Part shown: positions 41,272 to 55,700 of the stretch, one piece after another
How the letters are laid out: each line of letters starts with the position of its first letter
How positions within the stretch are numbered: position 1 is the stretch's first letter
Origin: Eledone cirrhosa
Lineage: Eukaryota
Direction: 5' to 3'
Length of the DNA: 64,000 nucleotides
Assembly (NCBI GenBank): GCA_964016885.1
Contig: OZ024755.1
Coordinates: 5,456,001 to 5,520,000 of the forward strand
Program-made: the position numbers and the translations under genes
The notes under the pieces: model-generated
What the model was told of the DNA's origin: nothing
The model's database searches: none
What the model saw: only the letters and a program-made list of their open reading frames with translations

Positions 41272-41688
41272 ATAATTGTTTCTACTTTATAGGCACAAGG
41301 CCAGCAATTTGGGGGGAGGGGAAAGTCGATTAAATCGACCCCAGTGTATTACTGGTACTTTATTTTATCGACCGCGTAAGGAAGAAAGGCAAAGTTAACC
41401 TCGGCGGGATTTGAACTCAGATCATAAAGGGCCGTAACTCTACGCTGCAAAGCATGGCGTCCGACCCTCTACCAATACTGCCAATCCACCGCAGCAAAAC
41501 AATAATTGTTTCTACTTTAGGCACAAGGCCAGCAATTACCCAGTGCATTACTGGTACTTTATTTTATCGACTCCCGTAAGGATGAAAGGCAAAGTCAACC
41601 TCGGCGAGATTTGAACTCAGATCGTAAAGGGACGTAACTATGCTGGAAAGCATGGCGTCCGACCCTCTACCGATACTGCCAATCCATC
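41272..41688 (-). mobile_element. Two tandem full-length SINE family A copies
   Basis: Copies at 41272-41490 and 41502-41688. Confidence 0.92.
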
Positions 41689-42249
41689 CACCTGAAAATA
41701 GTGTTACTACCACCACTACTACTACTACTGCTGCCACCACTACTACTACTGCCACCACTACTACCGCCACTATTACTTCTACCATCACTACTACTGCTAC
41801 TACTACTGCCACCACCGCTGCCATAATGTCATCAAAATCTTGTAGATTTGAGATTATGTGTGGTAAAGACTTTACCATGAAAATACAATAGTAAATATAA
41901 AAGTAATGTAAATGGTAGAGGGTTAAAATATACAGTTTTGTATCATAGAAGCAGAAATGGTTTTAGGGGAGTTGGTATTGAAATAGTTAAGAAACAAATA
42001 TCTTACAAGAATAGACTGGTAATCACTAAAGATGAGGAACACATTTGCAATGTCAGATACATAATACCCGAGGTGGTCATGGATGGAGTGTCTATGATTA
42101 CAGATCTTTAGTCAGGGCATATCTGAGCCCAACAGTATCACAACCAACAACACTATTAAGATGATATTTGGAATATAATTCAATGATGATGGAATGTTTT
42201 TAAAATACAGTTTTGTATTATAGAACCTTAATCCCCTCCATTTCTCCCC

Positions 42250-42671
42250 TTAACCCTTTAGCATTTAAACCGGCCATATCTGGCCAGAATTCTCTCACTT
42301 CTTTCTGTTCAAACTGGCCATAACTGGCCGCTCAAACTGACGTTATGGTATTGATCTCAAAATAAATAACATCAAAACCTCTTAGATTCAATATTATGTG
42401 AGATAAAAAAAAAAGCTCCCAACACTCACTGTAAATGAAGTTGGTGTTAGGAAAAGCATCCAGCTGTAGATCCAGAATCAGTTGCCGTATGAGCAAGACA
42501 AGGTCAACCGACTGGACACTGCCCACAACAGGATAACCCGTCTAACCCATGCTAGTGTGGAAGAATGGACGTAAAATGGTGATGATGATGATGAATTATG
42601 TGAGGTAAAGACTTTACCACAAAAATACAATAGTATATATATAAAGGGTAATGTAATTGCTAAAGGTTTAA
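42250..42671. mobile_element. piggyBac-like (TTAA-CCC) MITE interrupted by an RTE-tailed SINE (42415-42595)
   Basis: ttaaccctttagcatt...gctaaaggtttaa ends; attatgtgag duplicated around the SINE; other copies at ~27470-27608, 41835-41926 and 44800-45080. Confidence 0.7.
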
Positions 42672-42734
42672 AGCCAACAATCCCATTTTAAATTTGTGAT
42701 CATAAAAGCCTTAGTCTTAGGTCCTTCTATGTCC

Positions 42735-43075
42735 CGGGGTATATGAGGCAATGAGTCCTCTCTAATTTACACGATCAGCGATGGCATCTTGCATAGTTTC
42801 CCAGTCCAGTCTAATCCTCTGGAGATCTTCATTGAAAAGTTGAGCGCCAGGTTTTCTTGGGTCTCACTTTTTCCCCCTTACCACTGCTTTCCACCAACTA
42901 GGGTCCATCTCATTGCCACAGAGGGGGTTTCCGGTACTCAGACATGTGCAGTATGTGTCCAGCCAGTTTCAGTCACCTTTCAGCAATGGTGTCAGTCAGT
43001 AGCCCCTGTTTACTTCTCTTCAGCACCACTACATTAATAATCCTGACTGTAATCCCACTGTTTATATTGCTTTGC
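42735..43075 (-). mobile_element. Degenerate 3' end of a LINE ORF (RTE-like)
   Basis: Minus-strand frames give LKLAGHIL, SVAMRWT and RPKKTWRST. Confidence 0.7.
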
Positions 43076-43304
43076 CTGTATTTTTTGACACTATTTTACG
43101 AGTGGCTCTATGGTACCTCTGTGGTGACTCTGTGGCCCCTTCCTCCTTTCTTTTTCCTTTGCCTAATAATCTTTGCTCTTTCCCTCCTTTTCCTCTCATG
43201 GCATTTATAGTCTTTTCCAATGCTGCGTTTCTTTTGCTATGTTTGACCAATTTATAGTTTTATCAACAATAAATTTATTTATTATCCAATATCCATGAAT
43301 TAGA

Positions 43305-43820
43305 AAGACTATCTACTAGTATTTAGGGGTGGTGGGGTATGTAGTATTAGACTATCTATTAGTAATTAGTGGGGACTATGTGGTATCTATTAGACTATCT
43401 ACTAGTATTGAGAGGGGCTTATGTGGTATCTATTAGACTATCTACTAGTATTGAGAGGGGCTTATGTGGTATCTATGAGAAAGACTATCTACTAGTATTG
43501 AGAGGGGCTTATGTGGTATCTATGAGAAAGACTATCTACTAGTATTGAGAGGGGCTTATGTGGTATCTATTAGACTATCTACTAGTATTGAGAGGGGCTT
43601 ATGTGGTATCTATGAGAAAGACTATCTACTAGTATTGAGAGGGGCTTATGTGGTATCTATGAGAAAGACTATCTACTAGTATTGAGAGGGGCTTATGTGG
43701 TATCTATGAGAAAGACTATCTACTAGTATTGAGAGGGGCTTATGTGGTATCTATTAGACTATCTACTAGTATTGAGAGGGGCTTATGTGGTATCTATGAG
43801 AAAGACTATCTACTAGTATT
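43305..43820. repeat. 43/47-bp minisatellite
   Basis: agactatctactagtattgagaggggcttatgtggtatctat(t/gagaa). Confidence 0.97.
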
Positions 43821-43901
43821 TAGAAGTTTTAACTGCTCTGCAAGAGATATATGATCGAAAAGAAAAAAAATCGGATTGATATGAAGATTTTGAAAACCCC
43901 T

Positions 43902-43959
<58 letters not shown>

Positions 43960-44187
43960 GTGTGTGTGTGTGTGTGTAAATGTATATGTGTATATATATA
44001 TGTGTGTGTGTGTTGTTTAAAAGAACAGTGAATCAATAAGACCAGCTGACAAGTAAGAGCCACTGTAATCCATGAAATGTCTTATAAATACTAAGTCATT
44101 TGACATCAGCTGTGTGTTTGTGTGTGTGTGTGTGTATATATGCGCAAACCTGTGTGTGTGTCTGTTGTATGAGTGTATGTGTATTTA

Positions 44188-44223
<36 letters not shown>

Positions 44224-45671
44224 TTTATACTTGTATATAATTATTTATGTATATATATTTATATATATATCATTGTATATTCATACATATGAATGTATAT
44301 ATATATATATTTATATATATATATATATTGACTCATCAACAATGGGCAATAGCGAACAACACAAGTGTTCTCGATCGATACTTTCTTTATCTAACACAAC
44401 TGTGATAAGCAGAATAGTTTCTAAAGACAACTGAAGCCAGTTGTCTTTCCTTTATGGTTTTAATGCTCAATGGAAAGTCATGGCATAAACATGAACATAT
44501 AAACATCACATTCCCTATTTCTCCTTCCCATAAAATACAGAGCCTTTGTAATTTATCAATAAGAATCCTGTATTTCTATGCCTTAAAAGTACTTCTAACA
44601 ACAATTACAACTACAGTAACAACTACAACTACAGTATATTGTCTTTATGTTATCACTAGCTACAGTTGTAAGATCTAGCAAAGAGATGGCCCTCGAAATG
44701 AAAGCATTCCTTCTTAAAAGTATGAAGTAGACATGAATAATAATCTAGACACACAGAGAATAATATGAATGGTACTCCTCATTGAAATGTTTTTCATTAT
44801 TAACCCATTAGCATTTAAACTAGCCGTATCCGGTCAGAATTCTCTCACCTCTTTCTGTTCAAACTGGCCATAGCTGGCCACTTGTACTGATGTTAAGGTA
44901 TTGTTCTTAAAATAAATAATATCAAAATCTCATAGATTCGATATTATGTGAGGTAAAGCCTTTACTGTGAATGTTAACCCTTTAACATTCACATTACTCT
45001 ATATATACTATTATATTTCCATGGTAAATGCTTTATCTCACATAATTACCTCACATAATATCGAATCTATGAGATTTTGAAAGTATTTAGATAGGATCCA
45101 CTCCTTGCAACAGTAAAAAGACAAAAGCTCGCCTATTACAAGCACATGCATCCCCACCAGGGTTTGTTGTCCTACACTATCCTCTATGTTACAGCTGATG
45201 GAGGATGAAGATGAAGCAAAGAAAATGCTGGTCCGGCAACATCGGGGACTGGTGAGGGCTCCATACTGTGATCCTTCTACTTATAATAGAGAACAGATAG
45301 AGAATAAAGGTGATTGTAGCTGACTGCAAACAGGTCTAGATTGATCTCCAAATAACTGACTGCATCAGTTATGAGAATATGAGGATGATGATGATGATGA
45401 TATATTTTAGTTCATAGCTCTTAGCTCAACAAACAACAACAACCACCTCAACAATAGCTGCAACAATAACAACAACAGCCACCTCCACAATAACAACAGT
45501 ATCAACAGCAACAACGACAATAGCAAATATCACGAGGCAAATTATACTGTTATAAAACAGTTGTTTTGAAAGCTGAAAAGCTATAAATTGATGCCCCATG
45601 AGAACTAAAGAGAAATTTGTTGGAAAACATACTTAGCTCGAAACATTAATCTCAAATTTATATCTCAACTC

Positions 45672-45840
45672 AGCAGAAGTCCCAGGGGTAGGCTCCAAGC
45701 AAGATGGCTGGATAACATCTATGAGCTTGGCTAGTCTAAGTTGGAGACAGTTGATTTTGACAGGACCCACTGGAAAGAGTGCTTGAGGATTCTACCCTAC
45801 CCCCATGACCCTCTCAGGAATAAGTGGGTGAAGAAGAAGA
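45672..45840 (+). mobile_element. RTE-type LINE 3' end
   Basis: RSPRGRLQARWLDNIYELG, ending in (gaa)n. Confidence 0.7.
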
Positions 45841-46214
45841 ACTCAGCAATAAACTCATCTCAGTTTATATTTTAAATCTTTCAGCACACTCACATTATTA
45901 CTTGACCTGTATAACCTAGCAATTCTACTTAGTGAAGTCAACGATGGGTTATACACAGTGAATCGATTTAGTAGGTAGACCCAGAAAAACCTGGGATGAT
46001 TTGATAAATTCCGACCTTACACACTTGCACCTCTCTAAGACAATGTCACTGGACCGAGATCTTTGGCGCCATGCAGTAATACAGAAGACCCGCCTTGCCT
46101 ATGTACAAAGCGAAACCTACAGTCAGTAGGCACCTCCTAACCAAATATACACCTCAACCCACTACCCCTACTCCCACTTTCACCAACACCACCCCTTTCT
46201 CTATAAAGTTATGT

Positions 46215-46495
46215 TGGTACCACAACATCCAGTCCAAAATAATGAGGTCGTGTAGGTGTCACGACAAAAAAATACACAGTCCACACTGTAATGTGGTCGT
46301 GTAGGTAACACGGTAAAAAGTTCCCAGTCCACACTGTAAATGTGGTTGGTGTTAGGAAGGGTATCCAGCCATAGAAAACCTGCCAGATAGTCCTATATGA
46401 GCGAGACACGGTCACCCGACCAATCTTGCCTCAAGTGGGACAATTCCCGTCTAACCCATGCTAGCGTGGAAGATAGATATTAAACGATGATGATG
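46215..46495 (+). mobile_element. RTE-tailed SINE
   Basis: cacactgtaaatgtggttggtgttaggaaggg...aacccatgctagcgtgga...(gat)n. Confidence 0.8.
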
Positions 46496-47326
46496 AATTG
46501 TCTAATTTTCCTCAAATCACACCCTACTGTTTAAAAATAAAAAAAAATATTTAAAAAAAAGCCGATCGTTAGATTAGATCAAGAAAACTATACTTCCAAA
46601 TATATTTCCATTACTGATATTATCTGTCGATAACATCTCTTGGAAGTAACATAAGAATAGACACACTGGATAATGTAGTCCGAGCTACACAATAGCGAAA
46701 ACAACAACAACAACAGAAACAAATAAGTTGGTCACAGCTGGAATAGCTCTGATCATATCAGAGTTGTTTCAGTATGTAATAATAATAACAGCACAAGCTG
46801 AATCAACAACAACAACAGCAGCAGCAAAACAACAACAGCAGCAGCAAAACAACAACAACAACAACAGCAGCACCACCACCAACAACACACAAGCAGAAGA
46901 AGATTCATCATCATCATCATCACCATCACCACCATCACCAGCAGCAACACACCAGCACCAACACACAAGCTGCAAGAACAACTCAGTACTCTAATTCAAA
47001 TGTACTTGTTTAACATTCATATTGAGGATGTTTAAGTTATTATATTTCATCAATGGAGATGATCGAATCAAAAAGCAATTTTAAAATATAACTTCAACAT
47101 AATTAGGAAAATGGCCGAGAGAAAGGACCTCAGTGTGACGGTGACATCTGTATATTAAACAGAAATAGTGTTGGGTCTCACATATTTGAACTAAATATTG
47201 CCAGAGTCATTAGGGTGACAGAGAGAATGCTTTGTGATATTTGTTTTTTGGAACCTATGTATCATACTCGATGACAAATCTTGTATCAAGATATATGTGT
47301 TACACAACTCCACCAACCATATATTA

Positions 47327-48335
47327 TATAGTGTTGGTATGGTACATAGTGAGGTGAAATAGTGTTGGTATGGTATATAGTGAGGTGAAATAGTGTTGGT
47401 ATGGTATATAGTGAGGTGAAATAGTGTTGGTATGGTATATAGTGAGGTGAAATAGTGTTGGTATGGTATATAGTGAGGTGAAATAGTGTTGGTATGGTAT
47501 ATAGTGAGGTGAAATAGTGTTGGTATGGTATATAGTGAGGTGAAATAGTGTTGGTATGGTATATAGTGGGGTGAGATAGTGTTGGTATGGTATATAGTGA
47601 GGTGAAATAGTGTTGGTATGGTATATAGTGAGGTGAAATAGTGTTGGTATGGTATATAGTGGGGTGAGATAGTGTTGGTATGGTATATAGTGAGGTGAAA
47701 TAGTGTTGGTATGGTATATAGTGAGGTGAAATAGTGTTGGTATGGTATATAGTGAGGTGAAATAGTGTTGGTATGGTATATAGTGAGGTGAAATAGTGTT
47801 GGTATGGTATATAGTGGGGTGAGATAGTGTTGGTATGGTATATAGTGGGGTGAGATAGTGTTGGTATGGTATATAGTGAGGTGAAATAGTGTTGGTATGG
47901 TATATAGTGGGGTGAAATAGTGTTGGTATGGTATATAGTGGGGTGTGATAGTGTTGGTATGGTATATAGTGAGGTGAAATAGTGTTGGTATGGTATATAG
48001 TGGGGTGAAATAGTGTTGGTATGGTATATAGTGGGGTGAGATAGTGTTGGTATGGTATATAGTGGGGTGAGATAGTGTTGGTATGGTATATAGTGAGGTG
48101 AAATAGTGTTGGTATGGTATATAGTGGGGTGTGATAGTGATGTGAAATAGTGTTGGTATGGTATATAGTCAGGTGAGATAGTGTTGGTATGGTATATAGT
48201 GAGGTGAAATATGGTATATAGTGGGGTGAGATATGGTATATAGTGAGGTGAGATAGTGTTGGTATGGTATAGAGTGGGGTGTGATAGTGTTGGTATGGTA
48301 TATAGTGGGGTGAGATATGGTATATAGTGAGGTGA
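47327..48335. repeat. 31-bp minisatellite, ~32 units
   Basis: atagtgttggtatggtatatagtgaggtgaa. Confidence 0.98.
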
Positions 48336-48629
48336 GGGGGAGGGGGCAGAGAGAGAGCGAGAGAGAATCGATCCTGATACGAGATTGATGGTTTCTGGTG
48401 GGATGAAGTAAAGAATTTTACAACATATAACACATCGACCCTCTTTTTATCTTCCATTAATACCGCAAAACCTTCTATCCGACGTTCTAATGACTGTTAA
48501 TTCACCGCCTTATAATGTAGTATATTATTGTGATGTGCATGGAGGATGATGTGCATGGAGGATGACTGCAGGGTAAAGAAGTGCATGGAGGATGACTGCA
48601 GGGTAAAGAAGTGCCAAGAAATGCCAGTA

Positions 48630-48800
48630 GAAGAAGACCACGAAAACATGGGCGGAGGTGGTGAGAGCGGACCTCAGATCGCTGAAACTCACGGAGGAGA
48701 TGACGAAGGACCTTGACAAGTGGAGAGATGCTATGCTGAATAGGACCCGTCCCGCCCTTGCAAGCAGGGAAAAGCGGACGTAAAATGATGATGATGATTA
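48630..48800 (+). mobile_element. RTE-type LINE 3' end sharing its tail with the SINE at 31880-32065
   Basis: KTWAEVVRADLRSLKLTEEMTKDLDKWRDAML...; tail cccttgcaagcagggaaaagcggacgtaaaatgatgatg. Confidence 0.85.
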
Positions 48801-49167
48801 CTCTTACAATAAAGTGAGAACTATTGCAGTTGATCAAATAAATTAAGTATTGCTGAGAAGTGGTAGGCTTGCGGTAAAATTGTCCAAACACAATTTGGTG
48901 TCGATTCACTTCTAAATAGAAATAAACTTTGAAAGGAATCTAATTAAGAATTTATACAGCTTATCTAATTGAATTGTACAATTAAATTATTGTTATTGTG
49001 GTTATTGTTATTGTGGTTGTTGTTATTGATGGATCTTCGTCGGTTCTGGTGATGAGTGTCTCGGTTGTTAAATGGAATAGCCTGCTCATGAAATTAACAT
49101 GCAAGTAGCTGAGTATTCCTTAGAAACATAGCTCTCAGGGAGATTCAACATATATTACACACACACA

Positions 49168-49206
<39 letters not shown>

Positions 49207-49312
49207 GGGTGTCCCCCAAAAATGTATACACATTCTAATAAATATTGCCTGTACATGTAATCAAAGTATGTATACATTTTTGAGGGAAAACCTATGTGTG
49301 TGTGTATATACA

Positions 49313-49367
<55 letters not shown>

Positions 49368-49371
49368 TAGG

Positions 49372-49541
49372 TAGTGGGTCTTGTTACTCTGGAGTTTCGT
49401 GTGTTTATCATAAGTTCATCAGATGACCCTGTGATAAACAGGCGACTCCTGAGTAACAAGACTTACTATATAGCTTTAGTAAAATGAATTTTAAAAAACT
49501 CTACTTCGGTATTGAGTATTCTTTTCTCTCAACCGTCAACT
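49372..49541. mobile_element. Palindromic hammerhead-derived mini-element in (CA)n
   Basis: Imperfect hairpin 49372-49468 folded at TCATCAGATGA. Arm consensus CTGATGA-c-CCTGT(GATAA)ACAGG-c-GAAACTCCnGAGTA. Tail GTATTGAGTAT. Confidence 0.65.
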
Positions 49542-49689
49542 ACACACACACACATATATATATATTAAGTGTTTCCATAGGAAGGGTAAAGAAAAGCAGA
49601 GTGCTCTATGTCTTACACACATACACATTATCTCCTCATCACACACACACAACCTCTTTGTCATTCACACACATAACACGCACTCTTAC

Positions 49690-50060
49690 ACACATACAAC
49701 CTCATCTCTCACACACACACACACAACCTATTTATCACACACTGTTACACACAACCTCATCTCACACACACACACACTTACACACAACCTCATCTCTCAC
49801 ACACAACCTTATCTCTCTCACACACAACCTCATCTCTCACACACACCCTTACACACAACCTCATCTCTCACACACTCTTACTTATACACACACACACACA
49901 CTTACACACAACCTCATCTCTCACACACCCTTACACACAACCTCATCTCTCACACACTCTTACTTATACACACACACACACACTTACACACAACCTCATC
50001 TCTCACACACCCTTACACACAACCTCATCTCTCACACACTCTTACTTACACACACACACA
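49690..50060. repeat. CA-rich minisatellite (cacacaacctcatctctca)
   Basis: Direct reading. Confidence 0.9.
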
Positions 50061-51374
50061 CGTACACACATCCAAATAAACAAATATGCTGAAGTGTAAC
50101 AGCTTTTCTCAGAGTTAATCTTCATAAACCAAATCAGGTATGTATGTCTTGAATGAAGTCAATATCGATTTATTCCAATTGGGTAGAAATTCCTTGTGAG
50201 TAGTTTAGTTTTACTAAGCTGCCAATGTTTACATTGGAGGTGGATATGGCGAAATCAATCGCTCTGTCCGTATATTGCAGATATTTGCTTATTTTATTGA
50301 CTTCACCGAAGGACGAGTGACAACTTCATTTCATGGAGTTTCAACTGAAATTTGAAGAGGTTGAAACTAAATGTAAATAGTTTGAGAATATGATAAAAGT
50401 ATCAGCGTTGTTTGATTATGAAAAATAATCTTATACGTTGGCCATGCATATATGTATGTATGCATGTATGCATGTATGCATGCATATATGCATATATGTA
50501 TGTATGTATGTATGTATGTATTATGTATGCATGTATGTATGCATGCATACATTTTCCTGTAACTCTTGAGAGAGTCGATGGAGCGCCCATATCGGCATAC
50601 AGCGTTTCTAGGACCTTGTTTTAAACCTGGCGGAGCCCAATACTCTCCAGGTATGAAAACAGCAAATTTCTTCCAGAGAAGCATAGAGGGACTGAGAGAA
50701 AGATATAAAGGAAGAATCGACCCCAGTACTAGACGGGTACTTTTTTTATCGACTTCGAATGGATGAAAGGCAAAGTTGACCTCGGTGGGGTTTGAACTCA
50801 GCGAATACAGCAAAACACACTATCCGACGTTCGAACGATTCTGTCAATTCACCGTCCATAAGTTGAGCATAAACCCTGAAGACAAAACAAATTTGTACAG
50901 CACCAAATTTGTTCCGCCTTCGTTGAACGAGTCTAAAAACAGATTGAAATGGAATAGATTTGATGCTGCGTTGCATTACTTTATCTAACTGTATGGCATG
51001 GACTTCTGTCAGTTTGTCGATGTGGTGGTGGTGGTGGTGGTGGGGGGGGGCAAGGACTCTAGGGCCACAGAAGAAAAGGAGAGGGAGAGGGTGATAGGCT
51101 CTGGGCCTGGGGCGGGATGGTGTTGGGGCTGCGCTCCGTGGACAATGGCCAGCGACACCCGCTGCAACAAGTGAAATAATTAATAAGTTATCTTAGGAAT
51201 GTTGTCTTCGATTGTATCTCGGTGCAGAATTAGTTCTCTTGTGAACTCCACAGAAAAAAAACAGAAGTGTTCTGGTTTTGTAATCCTATAATCCACCATG
51301 TCGTCTGCTGAAACGTGAAATTTTATATATTTTTTTATTTCATGCTAAAAAGTTATTTTAAACGTTGAACTTAC

Positions 51375-51451
51375 CAGAATAATAATGATTTCACTCCAAT
51401 CTACTTTATACGTAATCCTTCTTTCAATCCACACGTGTGTAAGCAAGCAAT
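51375..51451 (-). other. Candidate 77-nt exon (UTR, or coding CLLTHVWIERRITYKVDWSEIIIIL)
   Basis: Very strong minus-strand acceptor ttttcttttgtttctttcAG and donor CTG|GTAAGT. Confidence 0.55.
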
Positions 51452-53019
51452 CTGAAAGAAACAAAAGAAAAATTTGAATAATGTGTGTTTGAAATGTGTG
51501 TGTCCAATCACAAATGACCATAATAATGATAATTATATATATATATATCAGACAAGTCTTAACGTTCATTCCTGTATGTGTGTATGTATTTATCTAAGAG
51601 AGATGGATGGACGGAGAAGTAGATAGTTAGAGAGATAAATAAGTAGATACACAGGTAAGTAGTTAGATATATAAATAAACAGACTGGCAACAAGTTAGAT
51701 AAGGAGGTAGATAGACCGATAGATAGACAGAGCGATAGATATATTTCTCTATTTGCCACAAGGACGCACAATAAAAGGGGACAATACAAAGACATATGGC
51801 GGGGATTTTACATACAGCCGTGTAAAAAAGTTTTAACATGAAAATATAACAATCGAAATCCCCAGTAGGTGGGAGGCGTTACAAATGGTTTGCTTTATAC
51901 CCCGTAGATAGGACAACCCTCAACTTCAGGAGTATGTTGTGCAAGTGCTCCTTTCTTCTTTTCGCTCTCTTCTTCAACCTACAGGTTTATATATAAAGAA
52001 GGCCCAATCACTCAGGCCATTCTTGCCACATTCACCCACCTTTCAGTAAATTTACTGGGGTGCAGTATCTCCCTCTCCACTCTGGTTCTCCTTCTAAAGT
52101 GGTATCTAAAGAAGGGAATGAGTTGTTGTCGGATAGGCAGATAGTTCGATAGGTAGGCAGATAGTTCGATAGGTAGCTAACGGTTATGATGATATTATGC
52201 AGCCATGTTATGGGTTGACGCTTAACTAAACACAGTGTTTGGCACACAGCACTAGTTGTACTTATGAAGAAAATCGAGATTTAATGGGTGTAACAGTTGG
52301 AATACTTACATAACATATTTCTAAAAGCATTGATGAGATCGACATGAATATATTTCTTTGGCAAGCTATTGCAGTAATTGACTCTCGTTACAAATGAAAT
52401 GCCATTAATGTCTAAGTTATTATTAATTGAAAGCAATGCAAGAAATGGCTACTACTTTTGATATAACTAGTCACTCAGATGGAAATATGGTTATTGCTAG
52501 TTAGAATGCAGAAGTCTTGTTCCAATAAAGAGTTTGAGACTAGTTTATTATATCGGCAACTATAAAAATAACTTTATATTCTTCCCTTACATCAATAAAT
52601 GCTTTCTTTCCTGTGGTGATACACACTGCGTTTATTTATACGGAGTTTATTACATGATATATAATTCTTTGATAATAGGACAATAGTATTCAAATGAAAC
52701 CATCACGTGGATAAGAAAGAATAACAACCATGAAGAGAAGTGTGTGTGTTTGGGAGGAGGGGTGACCTTCAATTAAACAGTAGTTTTTATTCAGATGTAT
52801 GTTTATTTTGAGATATGTTTAGGAAGCTAAAGTTACCTCTGTCGATACCGCACGCTCTTCAACTCCATGGAAGTCAAATAAATGATTTTACGGTTATTAA
52901 AGGGTCTATTTTGGGTGTCATTAGAGACTTCAGATTGTCCAGGAGAAATATTATATGATCGATTGATGTAACTTCGAGTACGACCTATGGCTAAGTGGAA
53001 AGAATATCGGATCTGATAA

Positions 53020-53215
53020 CCACTTATTTCTGAGAAGGTCGTGACGGAAGAATCCTCAGACATTCCTTTCAGCGAGTCCTGGCAGAAGCAACCACCTCCA
53101 ACTGATCTGGCTGGATCTCCAAGCGAGATCAGCCAAGCTCATGGATGTCATTCAACCATCTTATTCGGGGTTTACTCCTAGGTCTCTTGCCGGTTGGTTT
53201 TGCCCGTAAAATCAG
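53020..53215 (-). mobile_element. RTE-type LINE 3' end
   Basis: ILRAKPTGKRPRSKPRIRWLNDIHELG*SRLEIQP...; in-frame stops. Confidence 0.85.
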
Positions 53216-53224
53216 TGCTGCAAA

Positions 53225-53274
<50 letters not shown>

Positions 53275-54625
53275 CGGCGCAGCAATAACTTCAAACAAAA
53301 ATATTTACAGATTTAGAGAGGGGGGAGAGGGAGAGAGAGAGAGAGGAAGAGGGAGGGAGGGAGAGAGAGAGGGGAGAAATAGATAGATAGCATACACTTA
53401 AAGAAAAAAATATGATAAAGCAGAAAGCCATGTTAAAATTGATGACACCCTAGATTTGGTGTTAGTTCTGAATAGATACCTCAACCAACTCTTGACCACT
53501 AACTGGAAAACATCAGCACACCGTATCTAAATATCATTAATTATCTCATAAACATTATTTAGTAAGTTGATAACACATTTCTCTACCAACTTTATTCATG
53601 AGGCAAACTTTCGTTGCGTAATTAAATTGATTCATTTGATACTGAAGAATGAAGATACCGAAATATGTACATACCACGGTGCTTATAAAACGTGGAAAGT
53701 ATTTTTATAATATGTTTTATTCAAGAAATGAATGTGTCTAACTGTTTATGAGACTTTTAGCCTTACTAAGTTTGTTATTTATAACGCAGGCAGCTCTTTA
53801 AGGGACTCTCCCCCATCTTACCATTCTGCTGATTTCGTCTGATTCGGCAGAATGCCAATGTTTGCAAACGTGTGAGATAGTCGACATTGATACTACAGTT
53901 CCTCAAGTTTTTATGTTTTACTTATCAAACCATGGAAAGAAAGAAAAAAAGAGTTGATTGTCAGATCGGAAAAAGGAAACAAGGTTTCCATTTTTTCCCA
54001 TTGATGAAGATACTATCTGCCGGGCGTAACTCTCAGTAAAAGTAGACGGGATTTGAACTTAAAAATGCACAGATACAGATCAGACACCATATTGCATTCC
54101 GTTTGAATTTTAACAATTTACGCCAGTCCCCCACTCCTTGACTGCTACTTTACACCAACCCTCCCATTTTTGGACTGCTAGTTTACGCCAGCCCCACTCC
54201 TTGGCTACTATTGTTTATCGATCCCCAGAGGATGAAATGACTAAGTTAACCATGACAGGGTTTAAATTCAAAATGCAGTAAGCTCGATCTGAGGTATTGA
54301 ATCTGACGCCATAAAGACTCGTCGCCATTCCTGTCAAGCTATTCACAACCAGATTTAAATCAAAACTTAAAAATAAGATATGAATCATTGTGAAGCATTT
54401 ATCCCGGGTCTGGTCTCTATAATTCATGTTAACCTACTGCTCCCCGCCCTCTCCGTTCAATTCTAATATTGATTTTCTTTTCAACACAGGCATATGTTTC
54501 GAACTGATAGATAGTTATTTTATCGATAACGAAGAATGATAGTTGAAGTTGACTATGATGGGAATTGAACAGAGACCATAGAGGGTCGTAAGAACATACC
54601 ACAAGGTATTATATTTTGTTGGTCG

Positions 54626-54815
54626 GTGGATTGGCAGTATCGGTAGAGGGTCGGACGCCATGCTTTGCAGCAAAGAGCTGCGGCCCTTTATGATCTGAGT
54701 TCAAACCCCGCCGAGGTTAAACTTTGCCTTTCATCCTTACGAGGGGTCGATAAAATAAATTACCAGTAATACACTGATATAATTGCTGGCCTTGTGCCAA
54801 AAGTAGAAACAATTA
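54626..54815 (+). mobile_element. Full-length SINE family A with TSD
   Basis: TSD attatattttgttggtcg at ~54608 and ~54812. Confidence 0.95.
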
Positions 54816-55424
54816 TATTTTGTTGGTCGCTCTACTTCATATCCACCGCTTATTGTTATCTTATTATATATCTGAATATAAAGATTATTTCAACAGTGAA
54901 AGAAGTAGAGATAGAAATAATAGGGAAAAGATGTCTTAAGTCTAAGACTAAGCAACAAGTGAGAAAGATCCAACGAAAACGTCAGTTCTGACGTCATAGC
55001 GTTGTTCCTAACAACCCACATGACGACATGTAAAGAATAAGAAGAACTAAAGTTACTAAGTAAGCAATTTCTTTTCACCGTCTTTCATTAAATTAGTCAG
55101 ATTCCCCTTTCAAGCAAGCGTCATTACATTAATATACAATGAAAAACACGGTTGTCTATTACATGCATTTATTGAAACGGCATTAAATATTTAAAATTAA
55201 TTATAAACTTGTATTATATTTTCATTTTCAATTTAAGTCAAGATTTACACATTTTCCTTTAATAAAAAGATGGAAACCAAAGTGGTCAATAGTTTTCCTA
55301 CAAATATTTCGCCTTCCACCCACGTAAGACATTCAATTTTTCCTTGTAACTTTCAGCATTGCTTCATTTATTTAAATGGCAATTTAGGATCTTATTGACG
55401 TAAAAATTGTGATAATAATAATAA

Positions 55425-55700
55425 TAGGTCTACCTTTAGCACAAGGCCAGCAATTATCACAGTGTATTACTGGTACTTTATTTTATCGACCCCGTAAGGA
55501 TGAAAGGCAAAGTTAACCTCGGCGGGATTTGAACTCAGATCATAAAGGTCCGTAACTCTTTGCTGCAAAGCATGGCGTCCGACCCTCTACCGATACTGCC
55601 AATCTACCACAGCTGTGATAATAATTGTTTCTACTTTTGGCACAAGGCCAGCAATTATTCCAGTGTATTACAGGTACTTTATTTTATCGCCCCCGTAAGG
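55425..55700 (-). mobile_element. SINE family A, one full copy plus one partial copy
   Basis: Consensus match; further partial copies at ~60112-60270 and 61143-61263. Confidence 0.9.

Noticed and set aside
36641-41891. His/Thr/Val-rich ORFs
   Set aside because: Trinucleotide low-complexity tracts with no splice or codon support.
47324-48457. 377-aa ORF
   Set aside because: Read-through of a 31-bp minisatellite that lacks stops on that strand; no coding evidence.
53636-53680. CTGAAGA...GAAATATGTA hammerhead-like motif
   Set aside because: Stem II and stem I do not pair; at best a decayed relic.
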